In this document: positions 1-9,000 of the stretch, piece by piece
Layout of the letters: every line of letters starts with the position of its first letter
Numbering within the stretch: position 1 is the first letter of the stretch
From: Erysipelotrichaceae bacterium OH741_COT-311
GTDB lineage: Bacteria > Bacillota_I > Bacilli_A > Erysipelotrichales > Erysipelotrichaceae
DNA: 32,000 nucleotides
NCBI GenBank assembly: GCA_003858585.1
Contig: RQZE01000011.1
Coordinates: forward strand, 30,001-62,000
Direction of reading: 5' to 3'
The notes under the pieces: generated by a model
Told to the model about the DNA's origin: nothing
Databases searched by the model: none
What the model saw: the letters and a program-made list of their open reading frames with translations, nothing else
Program-made: the position numbers and the translations under genes

Positions 1-567
1 TAAGTAAGCCCCTACTTCATCGGCAATTTTACGAAATTGCTTAAAGTCAATGATACGTGGATAAGAACTCGCCCCTGCCACAATCATTTTAGGCTTATGT
101 GCAAGTGCCAGTTGACGCACTTCTTCATAATCAATTTCTTCGGTTTCTTTGTTAACGCCATAACCAATAAAGTTGTATTGTTTCCCGGAAAATGACAATG
201 GGTGTCCATGTGTTAAATGTCCTCCACTCGCTAAATCCATCCCTAAGATCGTATCCTGTGGCTGTAATACAGACATGTAGACTGCCATATTGGCACTTGA
301 TCCACTATGTGCTTGTACATTGGCATGTTCCGCCTTAAATAAATCCTTTAAACGTTGAATGGCTAAGTCCTCGATAACATCGACCTTTTCACACCCACCA
401 TAATAACGCTTCCCCGGATAGCCTTCTGCATACTTGTTTGTTAAGATGGATCCTGCAGCTTCCAATACATCTTGTGAAACAAAATTTTCAGAAGCAATTA
501 ATTCAATATTATAATCTTGTCTTATCTTTTCTTGCTCGATGGCTGCTTTGATTTCTAAATCCTTCAT
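1..567 (-). CDS. glyA: serine hydroxymethyltransferase, N-terminal 189 codons (3' end runs off the window)
   Basis: Absent from the ORF track because no stop lies in the window. Hand translation from ATG at 567: [63 protein letters not shown]...[15 protein letters not shown]...IADEVGAYL. These are canonical SHMT motifs, and the frame stays open to base 1. Confidence 0.92.
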   Translation of the reverse strand, partial: MKDLEIKAAIEQEKIRQDYNIELIASENFVSQDVLEAAGSILTNKYAEGYPGKRYYGGCEKVDVIEDLAIQRLKDLFKAEHANVQAHSGSSANMAVYMSVLQPQDTILGMDLASGGHLTHGHPLSFSGKQYNFIGYGVNKETEEIDYEEVRQLALAHKPKMIVAGASSYPRIIDFKQFRKIADEVGAYL

Positions 568-577
568 GTCTTCTCCT

Positions 578-1030
578 TTATTTCAACTCTAATTTTTCAA
601 TATGTGTAATTTTATGAATCCGATTGATATGACGTTCTTCATTTGAAAATGGTGTTTCCAACCAAAGATCTACAATCTCCAACATAAACTCCTTAGAAAT
701 CACACGACCACCTAAAGCTAAGGCATTGGTATCGTTATGCTCTCTTGTTGCCTTGGCAGTAAATAAATCCGATACTAAGGCACAACGAATCCCTTCTACT
801 TTATTGGCTGTAATACTTACTCCAACACCGGTACCACAGATTAAAATAGCACAATCATTCTCTTTATTCACAACACTTTTTACACATGGATATACCACAT
901 CCGGATAATCCACCGCATCTTCCGTATAGCTTCCAAAATCTTCTACACTATATCCTTTTTCCATTAAGTACTTCTTTAAAAACTCTTTATGTTGGTATCC
1001 GCCATGATCGGCTGCTAATGCGATTTTCAT
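578..1030 (-). CDS. rpiB: ribose-5-phosphate isomerase B (RpiB/LacAB family)
   Basis: [12 protein letters not shown]... and [13 protein letters not shown] motifs. I moved the start to ATG 1030, preceded by AAAGGAGGAAG; the ORF-track start at 1048 lacks an RBS. ATGA-type 4-nt overlap with the tsaC stop. Confidence 0.9.
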   Translation of the reverse strand: MKIALAADHGGYQHKEFLKKYLMEKGYSVEDFGSYTEDAVDYPDVVYPCVKSVVNKENDCAILICGTGVGVSITANKVEGIRCALVSDLFTAKATREHNDTNALALGGRVISKEFMLEIVDLWLETPFSNEERHINRIHKITHIEKLELK

Positions 1031-1641
1031 ACTTCCTCCTTTAAACAATGTAAAATCATTTCTTTTGTAATTGGTCCTTGACGAAGAATGTTGTATCCAT
1101 CGGTTAAATCCACAATGGTACTAGCCATTTGTAAACCGGAAATTCCCTTAACAATGCCATCTACTCCATCACCAAGTTGTTCTATCACCTCTTGATGAGT
1201 CAATGCAGCCGGCAAACCGGATTGATTAGCACTTGAAACCAGTAATGGTACATTGACCTCGGTAATCAAACGTAACACAAAGGGATCATCCGGAATACGT
1301 ATTCCAATTGTATCAAGACCATTGGTAATATAAGGTAATACCTCAGGTCTCTTCTGTGCAACAATGGTCAATGCTCCCGGCATTAATTGTTGAATGATCT
1401 TTAAATCTTGTTCCTTAATCATCGCAACCTTCAAAATATCTTCTAGACTACTGCACATAAAAGGAATAGGCTTTGATTCTTCTCGTCCTTTCACACGTTT
1501 TAGCTTTTCTAACGCCTCAATGCAATCATAACGACACGCTATGCCATAAACCGTATCGGTAGGAAAGGCAACTATTCCTCCCTTATTTAATAGTTCGACC
1601 AACTCCATCAGTTGGGATTTATCATATAACTTACTCATCAT
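1027..1641 (-). CDS. tsaC: L-threonylcarbamoyladenylate synthase, short YrdC/TsaC-type (t6A biosynthesis)
   Basis: 204 aa with VAFPTDTVYGIA, SSANQSG and TIVDL motifs typical of the YrdC/Sua5 domain. Lies in the ywlC position next to rpiB-glyA, as in Bacillus. Confidence 0.88.
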   Translation of the reverse strand: MMSKLYDKSQLMELVELLNKGGIVAFPTDTVYGIACRYDCIEALEKLKRVKGREESKPIPFMCSSLEDILKVAMIKEQDLKIIQQLMPGALTIVAQKRPEVLPYITNGLDTIGIRIPDDPFVLRLITEVNVPLLVSSANQSGLPAALTHQEVIEQLGDGVDGIVKGISGLQMASTIVDLTDGYNILRQGPITKEMILHCLKEEV

Positions 1642-1831
1642 CTGCCTTCTTTACAATGCGTTTGCATTTACGCTCAAATTCAGGACGTTCAAACATAATC
1701 GATGCATGACATCCTAAACACTTAATCTTTATATCAGCACCCATACGTATAATCTTCCAATGCAAGGACTTACGACACGGATGTTGTTTTTTCATTTCAA
1801 CAATATCATGCAATCCATAGTCTTGTATCAT
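1631..1831 (-). CDS. DUF951 family small protein (YyzM-like)
   Basis: 66 aa. The stretch DIVEMKKQHPCRKSLHWKIIRMGADIKIKCLGCHASIMFERPEFERKCKRI closely matches the conserved DUF951 pattern. Overlaps the folD stop and the tsaC start. Confidence 0.8.
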   Translation of the reverse strand: MIQDYGLHDIVEMKKQHPCRKSLHWKIIRMGADIKIKCLGCHASIMFERPEFERKCKRIVKKADDE

Positions 1832-2685
1832 TCTATCCCTCCTTTTGCTAAGTAATAACTATCCAAGGTATTTTGAAGCAACATCGCAATCGTCATAGGA
1901 CCCACTCCCTTTGGTACAGGAGTAATGTAACTACAAACCTTGCTTACCTCTTCAAAACAAACATCACCTACTAAATGATTATCTATTTTATTAATACCCA
2001 CATCAATAACAATGGCACCTTCCTTAACAAAACTTGCATCAACATACTGTGCTTTTCCAATCGCAACTACTAAAATATCTGCCGTTTTACAAATCTCTTT
2101 TATATTCTTTGTAGCACTATGACAAATCGTAACCGTACAATTTAAATCCTGTAGTAACTTTGAAAGTGGATTACCCACTAAATAACTACGACCAACCACA
2201 ACTGCCTTTAAACCGGTAAAATCCACATGAATACTCTTTAACAATTCAATGATTCCAAGTGGTGTACAAGGTTTAAATCCCTTTAATCCAAGATATAACT
2301 TTCCAACATTAATGGGATGCAATCCATCCACATCTTTATTAGGATTAATTAAACTAATCATACGCAAAGGATCTAAATGCTTAGGAAGTGGCATCTGCAC
2401 CAAAATACCATCTACCTCATCATCATTATTTAAATTAATAATTACTTCACTTAAATCCTCTTCACAAATATCTTGTGCCAAATGAATCATGCGAGAATAA
2501 AATCCAACTTCCTTACATGCCTTATCTTTCCCTTTTACATAAGAAACACTTGACGGATGATTTCCAACCAAAATAACCGCTAAGGTTGGTTTTGGTTTTC
2601 CTTGTCGTTGTAATTGTTGAACTTTATAAGCAATCTTCTCTTTAAACTGTAACGCTAATTCACTTCCTGAAATTACCTCTGCCAT
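1828..2685 (-). CDS. folD: bifunctional methylenetetrahydrofolate dehydrogenase / methenyltetrahydrofolate cyclohydrolase
   Basis: 285 aa with VILVGNHPSSVSYVKGKDKAC, VVGRSYLVGNPL and PKGVGPMTIAML motifs. Confidence 0.93.
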   Translation of the reverse strand: MAEVISGSELALQFKEKIAYKVQQLQRQGKPKPTLAVILVGNHPSSVSYVKGKDKACKEVGFYSRMIHLAQDICEEDLSEVIINLNNDDEVDGILVQMPLPKHLDPLRMISLINPNKDVDGLHPINVGKLYLGLKGFKPCTPLGIIELLKSIHVDFTGLKAVVVGRSYLVGNPLSKLLQDLNCTVTICHSATKNIKEICKTADILVVAIGKAQYVDASFVKEGAIVIDVGINKIDNHLVGDVCFEEVSKVCSYITPVPKGVGPMTIAMLLQNTLDSYYLAKGGIE

Positions 2686-2687
2686 AC

Positions 2688-2897
2688 TTACTCCTTATGC
2701 TGAAATATTCTATAAACAGTATATGCACACAACATCGTACCACACACCAAAACATTAACGACACCTAACACTAACACCACAATGCGATAAGAAGGATGTT
2801 GTAAATTAAAATACACAAGACCACACACCAACGCTGTAATGGTTGTTAGTAGAAACATAATCATTAAATATTGACGTACATACTTATTCTTTAACAT
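2688..2897 (-). CDS. hypothetical small membrane protein (two predicted TM helices)
   Basis: 69 aa with two hydrophobic stretches (LMIMFLLTTITALVCGLVYF; IVVLVLGVVNVLVCGTMLCAYTV). Overlaps the dtd stop by 7 nt and ends 2 nt before the folD start. No family recognised. Confidence 0.5.
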   Translation of the reverse strand: MLKNKYVRQYLMIMFLLTTITALVCGLVYFNLQHPSYRIVVLVLGVVNVLVCGTMLCAYTVYRIFQHKE

Positions 2898-3340
2898 ATT
2901 TCTTTTGAATCAAGCACAATGGTAACCGGACCATCATTCACCAATGAAATATACATCTGTGCCTGAAACACTCCTTCTTCCACATGAATACCTCTATTTA
3001 CAATACATTGATTAAAATATTGATACAATTCATTGGCAAACTCCGGTTTAGCTGCCTGTTCAAATCCTGGACGACGTCCTTTGCGACAATCTGCATATAA
3101 TGTAAACTGCGAAATAGACAAGACATTACCACCAACATCCTCAATGGATAAATTCATCTTTCCTTGTGCATCATCAAAAATGCGTAAATCCATTGCCTTC
3201 TTTGCCATTTTCTCAACAATTTCTTTTGTATCTTCACTACTAATCCCCACTAAAATAACATACCCATGTTGAATTTCTCCAACAATTTTATCATCCACGG
3301 TACAACTAGCTTGATTCACTCTTTGCATTACAAGTTTCAT
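2891..3340 (-). CDS. dtd: D-aminoacyl-tRNA deacylase
   Basis: MKLVMQRV..., SQFTLYAD and NDGPVTIVLDS motifs. The ORF-track start at 3349 is GTG. ATG 3340 has a GGTGA RBS 5 nt upstream and matches the canonical Dtd N-terminus. Confidence 0.9.
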   Translation of the reverse strand: MKLVMQRVNQASCTVDDKIVGEIQHGYVILVGISSEDTKEIVEKMAKKAMDLRIFDDAQGKMNLSIEDVGGNVLSISQFTLYADCRKGRRPGFEQAAKPEFANELYQYFNQCIVNRGIHVEEGVFQAQMYISLVNDGPVTIVLDSKEIC

Positions 3341-3414
3341 TTTTATCACCTAATTAAAATTATACATGAACATTCCATAAATAACTATTTATAAACATAA
3401 ATTATATTTTTAAC

Positions 3415-3444
3415 TTAATGATTGTATCACTCTTACGTTATAAT
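3415..3444 (+). promoter_or_regulatory. putative sigma-A promoter for rarA
   Basis: TATAAT at 3439-3444 with a weak -35 TTAATG at 3415-3420 (18-nt spacer), about 19 nt upstream of the rarA ATG and its AAGAGG RBS. Confidence 0.35.
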
Positions 3445-3462
3445 GAATAAAAGAGGTATTTT

Positions 3463-4734
3463 ATGAAACAACCCTTAGCTTTTAAACTACGCCCAAAGAA
3501 CCTGGATGAAATCATCGGACAACAACACTTAGTTGGACCCAATAGGATTTTACGAAAATGTGTGGAAAAGAACCAACTGTTCTCTATGATTTTTTATGGA
3601 CCAAGCGGCACAGGAAAAACAACGTTAGCGATTGCCTTAGCACAACAACTAAACATTCCTCATCGTTTTTTTAACGCTACCATAAACAACAAAAAAGACT
3701 TAGAAGCCATCTTTTTTGAAACAAAACTATCAAAACCCTTAATTGTTATTATTGATGAAATTCATCGCTTAAACAAAGATAAACAAGACTTACTCCTTCC
3801 TTATTTAGAAGATGGAAGTATTCTTTTACTTGGTGCAACCACTTCCAATCCCTTTCATAGTATCAATCCGGCTTTACGCTCTCGTGCAATCCTATTGGAA
3901 GTAAAACCCTTAAGTAAGGATGATGTCATTCAAGCCATCAAACGTGCCTTAAAGATTGGCTTAGATCATCCACATCAAATAGAACCTCAAGCCATTCAAC
4001 AAATCGCAAACTATAGCAATGGAGATATTCGTTATGCCTTAAATATGTTAGATGTGTTAACCGTAGCATGTCAAAATCAAATCATAACTACAAAAGATGT
4101 CGAAACCTACATGCCAAAGATTAACGTAGCCTTTGATGCAAGTGAAGATGGCTATTACAATGCCTTAAGTGCCTTTCAAAAAAGTATACGTGGTAGTGAT
4201 GTGAATGCTGCATTATTTTATCTAGCTTATTTAGCCTTAGCCAATGACTTAGAAAGTATTGAACGAAGACTATTAGTAACTGCTTATGAAGATATTGGAT
4301 TAGCCAATCCAGCCTGTGTAGCTCGTACCATCAATGCCATTGATACTGCCAAACGAGTAGGCTTTCCAGAAGCCTTAATTCCCTTAGGATTACAAGTTAT
4401 TGACTTAGCCCTATCTCCAAAATCCAGAAGCGCTCATGATGCCATAAAAAAAGCCTATGCCACAGTAGAATCCACAAGTTTTCATATTCCGGAATATTTA
4501 AAACTGACTCCTGTCGGTTTAAAAGAGAATGAAACATATGACTATAGTCGCAGTGACCTATGGCATCACATCCAATATCTACCAAATAATCTTAAAGATA
4601 AAATATTCTATCAACCTTTGCCAAGCTCCAACTATGAAAAACAACTTTTAAATAACTACCAACAACTACAAAAGCACTATCGTAGCAATCAACTTTCAAA
4701 GCTCTACCAAGAACATAAAAGCCCTAGAAAATAA
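3463..4734 (+). CDS. rarA: replication-associated recombination protein A (AAA+ ATPase, MgsA/RarA)
   Basis: 423 aa with Walker A GPSGTGKTT, Walker B VIIIDEIHR, and the conserved C-terminal MgsA region (YYNALSAFQKSIRGSD, AYEDIGLANP). Confidence 0.92.
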   Translation: MKQPLAFKLRPKNLDEIIGQQHLVGPNRILRKCVEKNQLFSMIFYGPSGTGKTTLAIALAQQLNIPHRFFNATINNKKDLEAIFFETKLSKPLIVIIDEIHRLNKDKQDLLLPYLEDGSILLLGATTSNPFHSINPALRSRAILLEVKPLSKDDVIQAIKRALKIGLDHPHQIEPQAIQQIANYSNGDIRYALNMLDVLTVACQNQIITTKDVETYMPKINVAFDASEDGYYNALSAFQKSIRGSDVNAALFYLAYLALANDLESIERRLLVTAYEDIGLANPACVARTINAIDTAKRVGFPEALIPLGLQVIDLALSPKSRSAHDAIKKAYATVESTSFHIPEYLKLTPVGLKENETYDYSRSDLWHHIQYLPNNLKDKIFYQPLPSSNYEKQLLNNYQQLQKHYRSNQLSKLYQEHKSPRK

Positions 4735-4749
4735 TCTAGGACTTTTTTT
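4723..4749. terminator. weak hairpin at the convergent rarA / flavoprotein gene ends
   Basis: CCTAGA-aaataa-TCTAGG (4723-4740) followed by a T7 run (4743-4749). The stem is only 6 bp and overlaps both stop codons. Confidence 0.3.
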
Positions 4750-5980
4750 GACTTGCCCAATATCCTGCAACATAGCCACCGGCAAAGGCTGCAGTAATGT
4801 TATAGCCACCGGTATAACCATGAATATCCATTATTTCTCCAGCAAAATATAGTCCTTTTACAAGCTTTGATTCCAATGTTTTAGCGTGTATTTCTTTTAA
4901 AGAAACACCACCCATAGTAACAAAAGCTTGTTGGAGCGGTAAACTATCACATACTTCAAAACGAAACTCTTTCAACATGGAAAAAAGTTGTTGACTTTGT
5001 TTCTTAGATACATTGGCAATTTGTTGTTGCTCTGAAATAGAAACCTGATGCAAAAGAAAAGCGGCAAATCTTGAAGGCACATACTCCTTTAGCCATTGTT
5101 TCACCATCATTGTTTGTACTTCTTTTTGATACCAAAAATCCTTTAGGGTCTCATAAGAAACATCCGGTAAAACATCTAACTGCAAAGTTACTGTTGTTTG
5201 ATGTTGCAATGCTTTAACCACAAAACTTGAACAGCGCAAAACACTTGGTCCGGAAACACCGAAATGCGTAAATAGAAAATCCAAACGATGACTTACCACT
5301 TTTTTATGTTGATCCATTACACTTAAACATACATCCTTAAGAGATAAACCCATTAACGTTTTATCCAAAATAAATGATTCTTTACTAACTAAAGCCACTT
5401 CACTTGGCAAAAGCGGTGTAATGTGATGCCCAAGCCGGCGTATCAATCCATAACCAGAACCATTACTACCCGTTTGCGGAAAGCTTGCTCCACCTGTTGC
5501 CATAATCACACTATCACAAGATAACACTTCTTGATTGGTAGAAAGTCCAACGACTTGCTGATTTTTTACCACAATCGCTTTTGCAACCCTTTGATATTGA
5601 AACACAACGCCTAAACTTTGTGCTTTATTGACCAAAGCCTCTAAAATGGTTTTTGATTTATTACTAACAGGAAATACACGTCCATGATCTTCTACTTTTA
5701 AATCAACATGTAACTCCTTAAAAAACGCTATAATATCTTGATTATTAAACTGTTGAAATACACTATATAAAAACTTACCATTTCCCACAATATGCTTGAT
5801 GATTTCTTGCATACTACAAACATTGGTTACATTACATCGACCATTTCCCGTCAATAATAACTTCTTACCCGCTGTTTGATTTTGCTCAACAACAACTACC
5901 TTAGCCCCACAACTTGCAGCTGAAATCGCAGCCATAAGACCACTGGTACCCGCACCCACTACCACTACATCACACTTCAT
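4736..5980 (-). CDS. NAD(P)/FAD-dependent oxidoreductase, HI0933/YhiN (BaiN-like) flavoprotein family
   Basis: 414 aa with the N-terminal dinucleotide fold VVVVGAGTSGLMAA, the GNGRCNVTN motif, and C-terminal GEIMDIHGYTGGYN, all typical of the family. Confidence 0.88.
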   Translation of the reverse strand: MKCDVVVVGAGTSGLMAAISAASCGAKVVVVEQNQTAGKKLLLTGNGRCNVTNVCSMQEIIKHIVGNGKFLYSVFQQFNNQDIIAFFKELHVDLKVEDHGRVFPVSNKSKTILEALVNKAQSLGVVFQYQRVAKAIVVKNQQVVGLSTNQEVLSCDSVIMATGGASFPQTGSNGSGYGLIRRLGHHITPLLPSEVALVSKESFILDKTLMGLSLKDVCLSVMDQHKKVVSHRLDFLFTHFGVSGPSVLRCSSFVVKALQHQTTVTLQLDVLPDVSYETLKDFWYQKEVQTMMVKQWLKEYVPSRFAAFLLHQVSISEQQQIANVSKKQSQQLFSMLKEFRFEVCDSLPLQQAFVTMGGVSLKEIHAKTLESKLVKGLYFAGEIMDIHGYTGGYNITAAFAGGYVAGYWASQKKS

Positions 5981-6023
5981 ACATACCTCTTACTTTCCTA
6001 TTATACAATGGTTATAACATGAA

Positions 6024-6047
6024 AAAATAGAGCACTCGCTCTATTTT
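6024..6047 (-). terminator. intrinsic terminator after the surface-protein gene
   Basis: The minus strand reads AAAATAGAGC-gagt-GCTCTATTTTTT. Perfect 7-bp core stem ATAGAGC/GCTCTAT extended by A/T pairs, followed by a T run. Overlaps the TAG stop at 6041-6043. Confidence 0.6.
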
Positions 6048-9000
6048 AACGCTTCATGTTTTTTTATAACATGCAAAGCCATCACACTTACCAAAAAGCC
6101 AATCATATAATACAATGCACTCGCATCATCTCTTGTCTTAGCTATTTTAACCTTTGTCTTTTCCTCTGTTTTTTCCTCTACAATTGGATCTTCTACTTTC
6201 GGTGTAGGTTGAGGCAATGGATTTGGCTGTGGATTTGGTTGTGGATTTGGTTGTGGATTTGGTTGCGGATTTGGTTGTGGATTTGGTTGTGGATTTGGTT
6301 GTGGATTTGGTTGCGGATTTGGTTGTGGCTGTGGTGCATTTCTATAGATATTGATAACCGTAAATCCCTGAATATTTGTTTGATACTCTTGTAACACCAA
6401 CACTTGTCCTGACGGATCAACCTGTTTGATACTATATTGTATTTCTTGATTTCTTTCATCATATTGTGGTAATAATTGCCATTCTACAAAGGAACTGCCT
6501 GGCATAAGTTTTAAAATCGGTTGAGGAGCTTCACTTTCCGGTTGATTATTGGTTGCACTATAAAGCTTAAACCATACATCCGGATGATTCGCCGGAGCAT
6601 TTTGCCATACAACATCAACACGAATGGACTTACGCTTTAATGCGTTGGTAACATTTACTTCTTTTACCACCCCATCACCAACATGAATTACTTGCATAGC
6701 GGAATTTACTTGATAGCGAAGTGGTGTATCTACTTGACGGACTTCCCAATCACCATAAATCAATGATGTAAATTCTACTCTACCAAAAGCATCTGTTTTA
6801 CCTTGTTTTTCAATGCCGTTGGATATGATACTAAAAGTCGCATCCGCAATCCCCTTACTTGGATCTTCTTGATCGACTAAAACAATGGCAATATGTCCAT
6901 CATGAACAACACCCAATTTACGATTGGTAATCGTTTGTAAATCTTTATCTGGATTTGCAACTGTTAACGCAACCGGAATCGCTTGTGTTGTTATTTCATA
7001 TCCATCCGGTGCTTTTGTTTCTTTTACGGTATAATTCTTTAACTCTAAGTTATCAAATACGACAACTCCATCCTCTAATGTAGTAACTGTTTTTACTACA
7101 CCTTGTTCATCTTCTAAGGCAAAGGTTGCACCCTTCAATGTTTTCGTTGGTTCTTGTTCATCTACTTTTACAAAACGAATGCTTCCTTTTTGAATTACTT
7201 GTTTTTGATTCTTAAAGTCATTAACTATAACTTTAGGTTTATTTGCTTCAATACTTACAGTTTGAGTACTTAATTGATAATGAAGCGGTGCCTTTGTTTC
7301 TTTTAAGATATATGTACCATATACAACTTGAGGGAATACAACTTCTCCTAAGGCATTACTCTTAGCTGTATATTTAAGTTCATCATTTTGAAATAATCCA
7401 AATTCTGCATCGGCAAGTGGTATCGTTGAATCATCAAAGTCTACCTTTTTAAAGGAAACTTCTGCAAACTGTACAGTTGGTTTTTTAACGTTTTCTATAT
7501 AATTTAAGTCAATTTCTAATTGATCTATTCTAACTTCAATCTCTTTTGGTATATTATCTAGTACATAACCATTAGGTGCAACGGTTTCTTTTAGTTTATA
7601 TTGCCCAAGTTTTACATTTTCAAAACTTACATAGCCTTGCTCATCCGATACTGCCGTATATACTGGAACATCGTTTTGTTCTAAGATAAACGTTGCATGT
7701 TGTAATTTGATATTATGATTATCACGATCAACCTTATAGAAATGAACATGTCCTGTTTTCTTCTTATTTTGAATGATCATTTCCTGATTCTCTTCATTAA
7801 TTTCTACAGGATGAAGCATAGAATCTAATACATATTCATCCAGTGTCTTTACTTCTACAAGTTCATAATTACCATAGTCTAATTGTTCAAACATCACTAG
7901 CCCAAAACTATTTGTAACACCTTGTTTTACAACATATCCATCTTTCTTTAATTCAAATTCAACACCTTGTAAAAGCTTCGTTGGATTTTCAGCATCAATT
8001 TTTAACACTCGTAATGTTCCTTTTAAAGGTACTACTACTTCTTTTTCATTTACAAATGGATCTATAGATACATTCGGTTGTGTTGAAGTCAGGATAACTT
8101 CTCTTGTTTCGTTACTTAATTGATAGCCGCTTGGAGCAACTTCTTCTTGAAGTGTATAAGTACCAAGTTCCACTTGGTTAAAGAGTACCTCTCCACTAGC
8201 AGTAGAAGTAGCACGATATTTTATTTGATTATTTTGTTTTAAAACAAAGGATGCATTTGCAAGTTTCATCATCACATCTTCTTTATCAACCTTTTCAAAT
8301 GTAATGCTCCCTTTTACTTTTTCTAAATCAATACTTACATTATTTTCAATGGCATTGGTAACATTGACATTCAGTGTTTTTGTCCAAGGTAAGTAACCAT
8401 CATAATCTCCCTCTAAAGAAATTGTATATTGACCAAAGGTTAAATCAGAGAAGATAACTTTACCATTGGTAGCTGTTTCTTTTATTTCTAAGACACTGTT
8501 TTGTGATAGTTTAACACGAACATTTTGTAATGGTTGATGCGTCTCTTTATCATATACCGTAACTAAAATAGAACCCTTATCATTTGTTACCTTACGATTG
8601 GTTACATTATTACCATAAGATCCGGAAGATGCAATAACCACACTACGAACTTCATCAGTAATTACATACCCCTGTTGCGTAGCTGTTTGTGATAATGTGT
8701 ATGTTCCATAAGGAACATCCTTAAAACGTACCAATCCAATCAGATTACTTGTTGCCTGTGCAATGATTTCATTATCCCTTTTTAAAACAAAGGTCGCATT
8801 ACGTAAACCAAGCGTTTGCTCATCGGCATCTACAACTTTAAAAGAATATGACCCTTTTAAAACAGGCGCTTCCGGTTCAATTTTATACGGTTCTAAATGA
8901 TCTGCCTGATTGGCAAGCACATGTACTTCTCGTACTTCCGGATTTAAAAGATAACTATCCGGAGCACTCTTCATTTTCAGTTGATATTTACCAGGCAATA

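Noticed and set aside
1027-1831. Small overlapping gene pair (DUF951 + downstream ORF) as a toxin-antitoxin module
   Set aside because: The downstream gene is clearly TsaC/YrdC. DUF951 is a widely conserved small protein typically found in core operons. Overlaps are the norm throughout this window.
3463-4734. AAA+ ATPases (this ORF and ftsH at 21366..23231) as candidate components of a novel defence system
   Set aside because: Both match well-known housekeeping families along their full length (RarA/MgsA, and FtsH with HEAGH). Both sit in conserved synteny. Neither has a nuclease or effector partner.
6219-6326. Possible CRISPR-like or regulatory repeat array
   Set aside because: The units are contiguous with no spacers, only 12 bp long, in frame, and inside a CDS. 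This is a coding microsatellite, not a CRISPR array.
6056-6462. ORFs 6056..6394 (+, WIWLWIWLW repeats) and 6193..6462 (-, HNQIHNQI repeats) that look like exotic repeat proteins
   Set aside because: They are alternative-frame or antisense readings of the 12-bp PQPN tandem repeat inside the 1421-aa surface-protein gene. The flanking sequence carries no RBS or independent coding signal.
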